From: Elsinoe ampelina
Taxonomy: Eukaryota
Assembly (NCBI GenBank): GCA_010093995.1
Contig: ML992508.1
Location: 654,506-718,505 of the forward strand
Direction: 5' to 3'
DNA: 64,000 bases
A model generated the notes under the pieces. The model was given only the letters and a program-made list of their open reading frames with translations, searched no databases and was not told where the DNA came from. Position numbers and translations under genes: made by a program. Shown piece after piece: positions 47,690-58,768 of the stretch. Within the stretch, counting starts at the first letter, position 1. Each line of letters begins with the position of its first letter.

Positions 47690-47959
47690 AGAAGACAGCC
47701 TTCAAGGATGAGACGAGGATAGATGAGCATGATGAACCCAAAGCACAGTCCATAGAGCGTTTGCAATCTACCCCCAAAATGTCAAAGAAGGATACAGTGC
47801 CCCTGACACGTGCTATCTTCAAATTTCAGGGCTCAGGGCCACGAGGCTACTACTGCGGGGACCGAGGTCGGTTCCGCAACTCTGATGGACTCTTGTACCT
47901 CACATCGTCCCTTCATGCGCCAACGGTGATAATCGACGTGAATACTCACAGGCTGGAAT

Positions 47960-50042
47960 ATGCCACATGCCGACGGTGGTTCGGAGCTTCTGCCCCCCAT
48001 AGCTGCTCTGTTTCTGGTAGTGTTCGACAAGAAGATCGGGTAAGTCACCATGCTGCATGCGTCGCAATGGCACAGAAGACTGACAATCCCAAGGTATAAG
48101 CTCTCATGGCATCGATCGATACCTGACAGTACGTCAAATTTATTCCGGATAGCCATCAAACTGCTCACTAGAGTCAGCGCAATTGGAGGGCGTGGTGGAA
48201 TACAAGAGCTTGCCCAGCGGGCTTCACAATGTACAACAAGACCTGGTGTAGGTGGAAGCGCACAAGGATACGGGACTGCGATTGACGACTGGACCAGTTA
48301 CTTCACTCACGGAGATAATGCTGGATTGAGCGCATTTGAAAGTCAGAAAGCAGATGAGTCAGACCGGAATGCCCATTTCCTTGCAGTAGGAGTTCTGGTA
48401 CCCCTGTCGTACGGAAGGCTTGGAAGAGCCTGGTTACACGCTGAGGGACTGAGGGAGCTTGCGAGGTGCGTGCATATACCAAACAGTCAAGATCGCGGCT
48501 AAGACAGTCGTAGTCTATGCTTGAAAGAATCCGAGGGCACAACACGACTTGACGACTACTGGCAGAAACACGGACTTAAGACAGCCGCCGACGATGTCAA
48601 GACAGCAGCACTCGAGGAGCCCAGCTCTCCCTTAGCTGTCAAGCCGGCTGATGGCAAGAGCAAGAAACGGAGGAGCAGAGCCTTGTCAGATGCTGCTGGA
48701 TTTTCCGTCCGCGAGCATGTCTTGTCTTCAGATCATCCAGCTCTGTCGATGCCAGACTTTTTGGACGCCTTCGGACCTGTAATATTCCCGCTGTACAGAG
48801 CTGCGTTATTGCGAAAGCGAATAATCATACTCGGAAACGCTCCTATCCAGAGGAGCTGCAACTTTGGTATGCATTCTTGCCGGACAAAGCTTCACATTGC
48901 TGATATAGACAGTCTACGACCTTTCAATCTTCTCAAATCTACCACCCTCGTTAGGCGATTCTATCCCTGCCCCTCCTTCCCTGCACCGGATACGACCTCT
49001 GTTCAACGTCGGCATCCACGACATTGCAGAGCTTGAATCTACTACTTCCAAGGATCCAGAGTCAGGTGAAGGCTGGATAGCATGTACGACCGACGACATT
49101 CTGTCGACAAAGACTCAATTATATGATGTTCTGGTCCGATTACCCTCACAAGCAGGAGAGTGGCCACGAATAACAGCTTCGGACGGCACACGAATCCTCG
49201 CCACACAACGAGACCTCCGCCGATACAATGCCCTTCGCAAAGAACTCATCCGTCTCAAGCGACCCGATCACGATTCCGAATACCGCGACGACCCCACCGA
49301 CGAAGCCGCCACATCGACCGATAGCCTCCGCCCGCCCCAGGAAGACGAAGACACCAACCCCCTCCTCCGCAGCATCACTTCCCTCGCCCCTCCTCCATCG
49401 TCCCTCACCCCACCACCCATCGAAAACGAATCCGACCTCGTCGAACCCGCCTCCTGGGCATCAATAGCCTACTCCTCCTTCCTCTGGTGGGCCTCAGCAG
49501 GCGAACGCACCCTCCTCGAAGAAGAAGAAGTCGCCCAAGACGCCGCGCTCGTAGAAGACCTAATCTACAGCACCTCCGCACCCACCACACCCCTCACCCC
49601 ATCCACCCTCGCCAAACGCAGAAACTCCTCGACCTCAAAACGCAAGAAGCGATCCTCATCCACCAACCTCTCCCGTCTCCCCGCCTCGACCACCTCCCTC
49701 CCCGCCGACCCCACCCCCACCTCGGGCGAAAGGGAACCCGACTCCCTCGAAACCAAACAACAAACCTCCATGATCCTCATAGCTTACTTCCACCGCCTCA
49801 CCTCCCTCCTGCTGTCGGGTCTAGGCGACGTGATCAATTCGGAAGACGACGGGACCGTGAACGGCCAAGGCGACGAGGAGGCGCAGATCAGGCTCGAAGC
49901 GGAGGAGGTGAGGCGGTTGGGGCTGGATGTTTGGAGCGAGGCGGATGCGAGGTTCATCATGGATGTGGGGTGGTTGTGGTGGGATCGGGATGTGAGGTGG
50001 GATGGGAGGGGGGTGGAGTGTTGTGGGGTTAGGATTTGTTAG
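47960..50042 (+). CDS. DENN-related DUF2347/DUF4484 protein (Anr2/DENND11-like); multi-exon
   Basis: PPIAALFLVVFDKKIG|YKLSWHRS, VEYKSLPSGLH, AVGVLVPLSYGRLGRAWLH, FGPVIFPLYRAALLRKR, AYSSFLWWASAGE, IAYFHRLT, GLDVWSEADARF. Confidence 0.8.
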
Positions 50043-50274
50043 GGAGGGGTGAGAAGGGGAGCAGGGATGTATGATACGAAAGGAGACTGGATGGAGGCGG
50101 GAATGAGGTGTAAAGACTTGAAGCACATGTCTGTTTTGTCCTGCTTCGTTTCATGCGCGAGTGTATCTATACAAGCTCGCCTCTCGTCGCTCGAGCAAGC
50201 GTGTCCCTCTGATCTCCCCTAGCCATGGTCCATGAACCCAGACAACCCAGACCACCCATCCACCAACTCCCCCA

Positions 50275-51976
50275 TCAATCATCATCCCCACTCCCGCTCC
50301 CCCCCTCAAACCCCTCCTCGTACTCCCCCGCCAACCCAGCCAGTACCTCCCCCATCTCCTCCCTCACTTCCACGCCCAGTACCCTCCTCCCCACCCTCTC
50401 CCACGCCCTCAGATCCCTCCCCACCTTCGTGCCAGCCGTCAAGGCGCTCTCCACGCCCACTTTTCCCGCCTCTCCCTCTGCAAAATCGAAGATGCGGGGG
50501 AAACTGCTGAGCACCGGGAAGAGGAGATTGGATTGGTGGATCGAGACGCGGGTGCCTTGAGCCGCGAAGGAGGAGAAGCGGTCCTGGGATTGGGTGTTTA
50601 GGTCGGCGATCTCGAGAGAAGAGTATACCGGCTGGGTGGAGCGGAGGGAGAGGTGGCGGGCGAATACTTGGTCTGGGCTATTGTGGGAGTGGGGTCCGCG
50701 GGCTGGTGGACTAAGAGAGGGCGGAGTGGGGGCCATGTCGATGTCTAGGGGGAGGGTTGTGGGGTCGTCGTCTGAGGAGTCTGGATGGTGTAGGCTGCCG
50801 TTTGTGGTAGGGAGGCGCGCGTCGGAGGGTTGGGAGGTGGAGCCGTTAGGTGCTTGCTGGGAGGGTGAGAGGGAGAGGGAGAGCTGGGCCATGCGTCGCT
50901 TGCCAGAGTTGGATAAGAGGGCTTCGATGTCAGTGAGGCTAGTGCGGGATGAGTTGTCGAGGCGCAGACGGGATGGGAGAGTGACGGATTCGAGGGCTGT
51001 GAGTTGGAGGGCAGACGTGTGCCATTTCGAAGAAGGCAGAAAGGAGGTGATGTATGATGGTATGGTCGGTGACGTTGTCAGAGGTATGTACAGGGATGCG
51101 GAGGCTACGAGGGAGGAGATTGAGTGAAGGACATTGGTGGTCGAGAGTAATTGGCGGTCACGTGGCTTGCGTTGGCCGTCCTCCAGTCCCCAAACCCACA
51201 AGGACGTCTTGCCTAGTTCGTCTCGTAGCCGTTCGAGATAGCTCGATGCAAAGCCTCCCCAGGCATCGTCTGTGGATGCGAGAAGCTGAAGTCCTTGAAG
51301 CTGATCACATTCCTCCAGGAATGGGCGAAGGTCTTTATCCAGGAGATCGTGTTCCTTGTCGAGATTTGAGAAGAGCTCTTCTCCAGTATGCCATCGCTCG
51401 AATGGTGCAAGAGATGAGTTCAACTCGAATTCATGCAATTGGACGATGGACCTGGGATGATAGAAGACTCTGTTGTAATCTGACCAATACCTTACACTGG
51501 ATGTGGATAGATGTGGAGGTTCCTCTCCTGCATTCAAACGTTGTTGATAGTCACTTTGTGGGATGGCAGGCTGTTGTATCACTTGAGCTTGACCAGGCCT
51601 GGGAGTAGTCAGCATGTGTACAACGTGTGGGAGATGATGCACGATCACCATTGACCAGCCTGTCCGGCTTCTCCCTGACTCTGTAGCTGGTAGAGAGCAT
51701 TCTCTTGCCGTAATGTGCCGAAAGCGCCTTTCAGATCGTAGATCACTGTGCGAGGAGTGTATGTCTCTATTCCATCTGACCCTACACCAGGTCTGAAGTG
51801 GACATCGTGGTCTACTGGCGACTCCTCGTCTTGACCGTAGGTAAAGTATGATTCCTAGGTGGCGATTAATACTTTCTGGCTACCTATCTGCTCGTGCCAC
51901 TCACTTGAGTATTCCAGAAATGCGTCCCGACGTAATTTGCTTGCTGTCCGAATTGTAGCGTAACGATTTCGTGCAT
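50275..51976 (-). CDS. DML1: Misato/Dml1 tubulin-FtsZ-like protein
   Basis: [82 protein letters not shown]. Confidence 0.92.
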
Positions 51977-52658
51977 CACGGGGGAGACAGAAAGGTGGTG
52001 CAAGTGAGAGTAGAATTCACAAGGCAACTTCTTGGTGTTGCAAATTGGGTCAAGATGTGGCACCGAACACTAGCAGGTCAGAATTGCTCTTCTAAGCAGA
52101 CCAATTCAGAGCAGCGGTCGTGGGAGGAGCGATGTTGGCTTGTTTGATGAACCAAGGATGTGATTGACGTCGGTTTCCTAGACTGTGGCGAAAGAGGCAG
52201 TCACCTGGGCAGACATATCAGAAACACCACAAGTGGCACGCAATAATTTTCAGATGAGCGGGAAAAGTATATGTTGTTACAGTTATTGATTCTTCTCAAT
52301 TCTCGCTATATAGAAATTACTACTACAGCACACTTCTACCTCGTCCCAATCCCTGAAGAGGGTATCTCAACAACAACCAAGGGGTATAGACAAATTATAT
52401 CCAACCAAGTACTGAGGGAGTGAGTGATGCTTGTATATCAAATCCATTTTGTTCAATGCGGACATTGCCAATCTGCCGTTTGCCGTTTTTCATATACGGT
52501 CGTCGGGGTCGTGAAGATTAATAGTTATCTAATGTCTTGAAAAGGACAGAAGCGGTCGACCCTTTACGGGGACCTGTTTGAGCGCTGAAAGGAGTGGTGG
52601 TCGTGAAAAGGAAGTCGGACTGATCCGGAGACTATAGGAGACAATATGATACAATCGC

Positions 52659-54071
52659 TTAGTAGAGGGCGAAGAAAGCAAAGAGACCGGCGAAGAGCGC
52701 GATGGTCGGCTTGTTGGCGGACGCGGCACCAGTGAAGGACGCAACTGGTGGGCGGGTGGTGGTTGGGGTGGTGGCGACTGGGCTGGTCACGACGCTGGAA
52801 GGCGATGGGGAAGGCACTGGAGCGTATGTCGCAGGAGTGGTGACCGGAGCCGAGCTTGCGGGAGGAGCATACGAAGATGGTGGGGGAGCTGGGGCAGAGC
52901 TCGATGGGGGAGGGGCGGGGTGTGTCTCAGGCTTGGAGCTTGGTGGTGGTGCCGGAGCATAGGTCGACGGAGGTGGCGCGGGGTGGGTCTCTGGCTTGCT
53001 CGATGGAGGAGGAGCTGGAGCATAGGTGGATGGTGTGGGCGCTGGGTGAGTCTCAGGCTTGCTGCTTGGGGGAGGAGCAGGGTGAGTCTCGGGCTTGGAG
53101 CTTGGCGGAGGAGCGTAGGTTGTGGGAGGAGCAGTGGGGTGGGTCTCTGGCTTGCTGGTGGGAGGGTGGACTGGGACGTCGGTGGTGATGCACTCGGTGT
53201 AGGTCGAGGTGATGTACTCAGTCTTGGTGGCGGTGCACTCGTGGCCGGGGCACTTGGTGACAGTGATGACACCAGTCTTGGTGACAGTGATGGTAGTCTT
53301 GGTCTTGCTGTAGGTGGTCGGGACCGGGTTCTTGGTCGTTGGGAGAGTGGTTGGGTAAGACGAGGCAGGAGGCAGAGTTGCGCTGGACAAAGTAGTGGAG
53401 TTGCTGTACGTGGTTGGCTTGTGCTCCTTTGTGGTCGAGGACGAGCTGGGTGGGCAGTAAGTCGTCGAAGATGAGCTCTTTGGTCCCTCAGTGGTAGAGT
53501 TGGTGGTTGGCTTGTGCTCAGGAGTCGTTGAGGAGTAAGCAGAGGGAGTGGTAGGCTTGTGCTCAGGAGTGGTTGAGTAAGTGGTGGGCTTGTGCTCGGG
53601 AGTCGTCGACGAGTAAGCAGAAGGAGTAGTGGGCTTGTGCTCAGGAGTGGTGGAGTAAGCAGAGGGAGTAGTGTACTTGGGTGGTCCCTCGCTGGAGTAG
53701 GTGGTAGGCTTGTGCTCAGCGGTGGTGGTGGAAGAAGAAGAGTACGCCGATGGAGTAGTGTACTTGGGAGGCTGGCTTTCAGTGGTGTACTTGGGAGGCT
53801 GGCTCTCAGTGGTGTACTTGGGTGGCTGCGACTCGGTGGTGTACTTTGGTGGTTGAGACTCGGTGGTGTACTTCTCAGGAGTGGTGTACTTGGGGAGCTC
53901 GCTCGTGGTAGTGTACTTGGTTGGCTCCTTTACGGGAGTAGTGGTGGGATGGTCGCCATAAGCAGGGGTGGTTGAGCCATATCCCTGAGGAGCGGGGCCA
54001 TCATAGCCGAGGCCCTGGGGAGCGGCGGCCGCAAGGCCAGCGAGGGCGATAAGAGGAACGAAGGTCTTCAT
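52659..54071 (-). CDS. Secreted Pro/Thr/Ser-rich repetitive cell-wall protein with GPI-type C-terminus (about 470 aa)
   Basis: Signal peptide MKTFVPLIALAGLAAA (ATG 54071), repeat blocks KYTTESQPP, STTPEHKPTT and PPSSKPETHPAP, a central Cys motif TVTKCPGHEC, and C-terminus FTGAASANKPTIALFAGLFAFFALY. Confidence 0.85.
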   Translation of the reverse strand: MKTFVPLIALAGLAAAAPQGLGYDGPAPQGYGSTTPAYGDHPTTTPVKEPTKYTTTSELPKYTTPEKYTTESQPPKYTTESQPPKYTTESQPPKYTTESQPPKYTTPSAYSSSSTTTAEHKPTTYSSEGPPKYTTPSAYSTTPEHKPTTPSAYSSTTPEHKPTTYSTTPEHKPTTPSAYSSTTPEHKPTTNSTTEGPKSSSSTTYCPPSSSSTTKEHKPTTYSNSTTLSSATLPPASSYPTTLPTTKNPVPTTYSKTKTTITVTKTGVITVTKCPGHECTATKTEYITSTYTECITTDVPVHPPTSKPETHPTAPPTTYAPPPSSKPETHPAPPPSSKPETHPAPTPSTYAPAPPPSSKPETHPAPPPSTYAPAPPPSSKPETHPAPPPSSSAPAPPPSSYAPPASSAPVTTPATYAPVPSPSPSSVVTSPVATTPTTTRPPVASFTGAASANKPTIALFAGLFAFFALY

Positions 54072-57000
54072 GTTGATGAATAGCGATAGACGATACAAGA
54101 AATAGAAATTATACGCAGACCGTAGCGAAAGAGTCTGGGAATGATACTGGAGCAGAGGGGAACTTGGCGAGATGATATACTTACTCGACGTAGCATGGCG
54201 GGAGGTCATATACGAGGCGGGAGGTAGCATCCATAGGATCCATCTTGATGCATGGTCTCGCATGGGCCGGCGGATTATGCTTCGGTGACGCGAGATTGGG
54301 ATGGCATGGTCGACAGAGGTGGATCGCCAATTTGCTTGGTAGAGGGTAAAGACGTGGCTGCGCGAGGAAGTGTCTATTGAAAGAGCTTGTTTCGATCCAA
54401 CGAATGGCAGTCGAGGAGAGGATCAATGATCTTCGCGCGAACAGACATGACTGGGTTGCCCTGCGGCGTCAGAAGGTGAGAGGAAAGAGGCGGAAGGAGA
54501 TCTCGTGTCGGAGAGGTTGGTCATTGCTGCAAGCTAGAGTGTAGCTTGGCCCTAAGGAAGCAAAGAACCGAGATGGCGCCATGCTTGATGGAGAGCTAGC
54601 GCGAGCATCAGGCTGGTACTCCGGCCGCATCCTTTTTTGCCCGCCTGTCAGTGGACAATGACAGCGCGAGTAATTTCGTTTGAGTGTGAGAACTAGGCAG
54701 GGTCAACTTGAGACATTCGAGAAGAGTGAGGGCCTACCATGGCTGAGTCGTGTAAACAAATGACATGTGTATGGTAGACATCTGTTCATACGAGCTGCTC
54801 AAAATAGCAGAATGCTTTTGCGCTTTCACCATGGTGATCATTATTGATGGTCGTTCGGTTGTGCCTGAACGCTTTCGCTTTTTCCTGCTTGTGGGGCCAA
54901 ACAGTCGCAGGAACAAGAAACCTTGATCGCGATAGCAACGACTTGGTGCCCGCATCTGACGTATGGTCTCGTGCCCACGAGTGACCGTCCTGGATTTTCT
55001 TCTTCATGCCTTGCTACCTGTCAATTTTTTGGAAAGCGGGAGCGCCGCTACCGACGTGTGTAGCGTAAGCCGCGGGAGTAAGACAATCATTGTGATAGTA
55101 ATTGTCTCTGACCGACACTCGCATGACGGGGGCTGGTAGTGGAGCGACCTGCACTACTATGCGCGACCCATTGTGAGTCGGTGATGATTACGAGCATCCT
55201 GCAGGAAGTTCATTTGCGTGTGCCGCGCTTGAAAGCAATAAAGTGATGCTGATGGAAAAGTTTGATTGGTCGGAGGGAGAGACATTGTCTGTCGCAGAGC
55301 CGCGTGCGAGGAACACCATGTTCCTCGTTTGTTTTTACCGGGCGTTCACGGTTGAGACGCAACGGGGAAAGACAAACGGAAGCGAACGGCTATCGTCAAC
55401 GGGTATCACGATGCCTTTTGCTTCTTGAGAAGCAGCGGGTCGACCGGGCGGCAGACGTCGGGTACCTGGTGACCAAAACATGGGTAGAAAACGTGACATG
55501 CGCCAACCGCCCTGTCTGTCTCAGACCTAGGACTCCACTGGATAGACATCAGAAAGAGACAGAAAAAGGAAAGTCGCACTCAACAGAAGACAGTGTGAGA
55601 GACGGCAGACGAGCTGCATGATGAAAAAGCAACATGACGATAAGATGCAGTTGGTCTGCGGCGCGACAGACCGAATGAGCCGTGATGTGCAAGACTATCA
55701 AAACCTTGTCCTGTCGTGCCTTGCAGAATAGTGGGGAGCATGACCACCTTGAAGACCTTCGAGGCAAGAATGCTGCACCCAGAGCTGCGATGCTGTGAGC
55801 CGGCGCGACCAAACATCTCATCCTCGTCTTATTTTGAGAAACACTGCATCATTGAACCAAACATTCAAAAGTCTTCGGATCTCGTTGTTGCAACTTTTCC
55901 AGAAGATCCTGGCGCCCGAGCAAAATCTATTTCCGAAAAGGACAGATAGTGATGGTGGGCTTGCAAGCCCTGCAGTAGCGTTCTCGTATTCGCTGCTGCA
56001 TCAATTCGGCCGAACAGCACAGCATCCCGCCATGCCAAATGCACTGACACCAGACTCAAGCATCCTGCAGTGTCCACTCCTCGCTCGCCGCCGACGCTCC
56101 TCGTCGATCATCGACTGGGGTCAGAAGTGCAGCCCAACCCCCCCGGCGGGGCAGGTGTATGCGAAAGGGCTTGCAGTGCTCGGAAGAACGATAACTTAGA
56201 CTACAAGTGCTGGAAGGACGACTCATGAGGCTGGCCATTGTCTGGTCTCGAGCAGTCGATCCGGCCACTGACTACACGGTATCTGCTGATGGTTGGTGGC
56301 CACCGCAATCAGACTTGCTTCCGCCGAGCCGACTCTTGCGCGTCTCCGCCATATCCAAGACAACAGCATCAGAGCATTCGGAGAGGACATCATGCCAAGT
56401 GCTCGACGAAAGGTAATCCTTCGAGACTGCGCAGGAATGCTGTTTCCGTCACAGTAGAGTTTACGATGGGAGCCGTCTTGACTGTGGATGCGGTGGAGAT
56501 GGAACAAACTTCTCAGCAGACCAGCGATTACCCCTCCTCTATCACGAAAAGTCCCTCCTTTTGATTTGGAAGAGGGGCATTCCCCATTCCCCAATCCTGC
56601 ATCTTGTCTGACTCAACGACAGTGTTGGTGTCTGTCGCTGAGGGGTAAAATTTACCTAAAAAAAAGAGCTCTGGATCAAGCTTTCCCCGCGCCACAGCAT
56701 TTTCGATCGTGGTTCAGCCGCCAACGTCACATCCTTCAACCACACCTCCTGCCAACTTGAGCCTCAAGCAAACACGAGCCGAGACAGGACAAAGACTGAT
56801 AATTCCAGGACCGAAGCTCGATATTGCTGACTGCCGTCATCACTTTCCATCAGAGGCCGGTAACATACAAGCTACTTATGATCCGTGTGACCGATCTTCC
56901 TATAGATCAAAAACTCCTCAGACAGCATCACATATACTCCTACCTGGTGGTAAGCCACTTGCGTGATACTATGACCGCATGATAGGTCAGAGGACAACGG

Positions 57001-57374
57001 CCAGACGAAGTTGAGTTGAGCATACCAAGCCTTTTCTTTGCTCCACTGCACACCTAAAGGACATCTGTCTTACAATAGCATACTTCGATATTGCGGGTGG
57101 CTTCCTCTCCCTCAATCCTGAGCCCGTCCCAGGGCAGAGTGATAATGATGATGAGCACATCTGTGGGGGGTGGGCCCATATCAATGGAACTGGCAAGCCA
57201 CAACAAATACGAGAACACCCTCCTGCTTCCGCGACCTGGGCCACACAGATTGTATCGTGGAATGCCACTCAAAATCACTCGCTACATCATTTCTACCATG
57301 GTCGTATACCTCGAAAAAGGAAGCAGGTGGAATCGCGACCTCTGTTAGGTGCTCAAACCACAATCTTCGCTTGA

Positions 57375-58487
57375 CTATGGACCTTTCACCTCTGCGAAAT
57401 CAGTGCCCAGCTTGTCATCTGTGTTCTTTGAGTCGCTCTTCACATTCGTCTCCAGCTCTACGAAAGTCGCAGGCTCTGGTCTCGTACGATCCACCTTGAG
57501 CTGGAAGACATCCAGTCTTTGATACCCGCCAACAACATCGTGATACTGCTTTCCCTCAACACACTGCGTAAGATCCAAATCACAAAACAGTAAGCCCTCT
57601 TCATGCTGCAAGTATTCTCTCTCCGTCTTTTCCCCCTGCTCATTCACCGTCCATGCCGGCAACACCGCCCCCGTCGGATCGAGAAACATGCTCGCACCTC
57701 TAGACGCCCCTTCCAAGGTCCTTCTCACCCCTTCTTCGTCCTCCGCCCCCTGCACGCACATCTCCACCGCATCCCTCCCCACCACTCCCGCAGCCAACAC
57801 CCCAAAACACTTTGCCTCGAAACAATGCGCCGCCGCCCTGATCCTATTGGCGGCGACATTATCATACGCTTTCGTCTGCGCCTCCTGTCCCCCCGCGAAC
57901 CTCGTCGGCCACACCCCCGGCCACGTACTGACATGCACCTGCTCCCCTTGCGCCATCAACGCATACCTCGCAAGGGGATTGGTATTCTCCCCACAAATCA
58001 ACGCCCCGACCCTCGCCTTCCCCTCCCCAACCTCTGCAACCCTCAACCCCGCCCCATCCCCCTGCGCCCACGTCAACTTCTCGAAAAACGTCGGTACCAG
58101 TTTCCGGTGGCGGACCACCACCTCCCCTGTCTCGTCGATGATGCAGTTCGAATTCCACAGCGTCCCCGTCCTCCCTTCTGCGCGTTCTGAGAAGCCGACG
58201 CTGATGGCGATGCGGTGTCTGCGTGCGGCGGCGCGGATGGAGAGGAATTCGGGCGAGGAGAGGGTCAGGGATTGCGAGTGCATGAGGTTGAAGAGGTGGT
58301 GGTTGGAGGAGGGGGAGCGGAGGGAGGACCAGATTGGGAAGGCGGGGATGAAGGATTCGGGGAAGACGAGGAGGGAGGCGGAGTGGGAGGAGGCGAGGGG
58401 GATGAGGGAGAGGAGTTTGGAGGTGGTTTGGGAGGCGGAGAGGAAGATGGGGGAGATGTGTGCTGTGGCGACGCGGAGGGGGGGCAT
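57375..58487 (-). CDS. Nitrilase (carbon-nitrogen hydrolase), intronless
   Basis: Catalytic E-K-C triad in VFPESF, HRKLVPTFFEKLTW and LICGENTNPLARY, plus C-terminal HDVVGGYQRLDVF. Confidence 0.92.
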   Translation of the reverse strand: MPPLRVATAHISPIFLSASQTTSKLLSLIPLASSHSASLLVFPESFIPAFPIWSSLRSPSSNHHLFNLMHSQSLTLSSPEFLSIRAAARRHRIAISVGFSERAEGRTGTLWNSNCIIDETGEVVVRHRKLVPTFFEKLTWAQGDGAGLRVAEVGEGKARVGALICGENTNPLARYALMAQGEQVHVSTWPGVWPTRFAGGQEAQTKAYDNVAANRIRAAAHCFEAKCFGVLAAGVVGRDAVEMCVQGAEDEEGVRRTLEGASRGASMFLDPTGAVLPAWTVNEQGEKTEREYLQHEEGLLFCDLDLTQCVEGKQYHDVVGGYQRLDVFQLKVDRTRPEPATFVELETNVKSDSKNTDDKLGTDFAEVKGP

Positions 58488-58768
58488 GGTTGGTGGGGAA
58501 GAGGTTGATGGCTGTGGAGGCGGGATAGAGGAGTGGAAATCGACAAGGGATTAGTAATGATAGTGCTCTTACGTGAATCGATTGGCTCAGTGAAGAGGTA
58601 GCGACTGCTTCCGACGCCAAGAGATGGCGGGTATGGGAGGATCTCGCTACCGCTATCTACACCGTCACTGTACCCGCCCGACATCATGATAAAGTAGGTA
58701 CTCAAAATATTCAACTTAAGAAGCATACACCACACAAATCCCATAGGCATCATCGATCACTCTCAGCA
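58488..58768. promoter_or_regulatory. Putative bidirectional promoter of the nitrilase / aldoxime dehydratase pair
   Basis: 281 bp between divergent start codons, with ATTGG (CCAAT box) at 58581 and two interleaved 8-bp inverted repeats. Confidence 0.5.

Noticed and set aside
52900..53920. Regularly spaced 27-45 bp DNA repeats resembling an array
   Set aside because: They are coding repeats of the wall protein with no unique spacers or cas genes, so not CRISPR.
54072..54263. N-terminal extension of the 534-aa ORF (and of ORF 12945..13592)
   Set aside because: A downstream ATG gives a clean signal peptide or the family N-terminus, so the extensions are probably 5' UTR.
54072..57374. Many short ORFs and small hairpins upstream of the wall-protein gene
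   Set aside because: Random-looking translations, and no tRNA, snoRNA or repeat structure recognised. Treated as intergenic or regulatory DNA.
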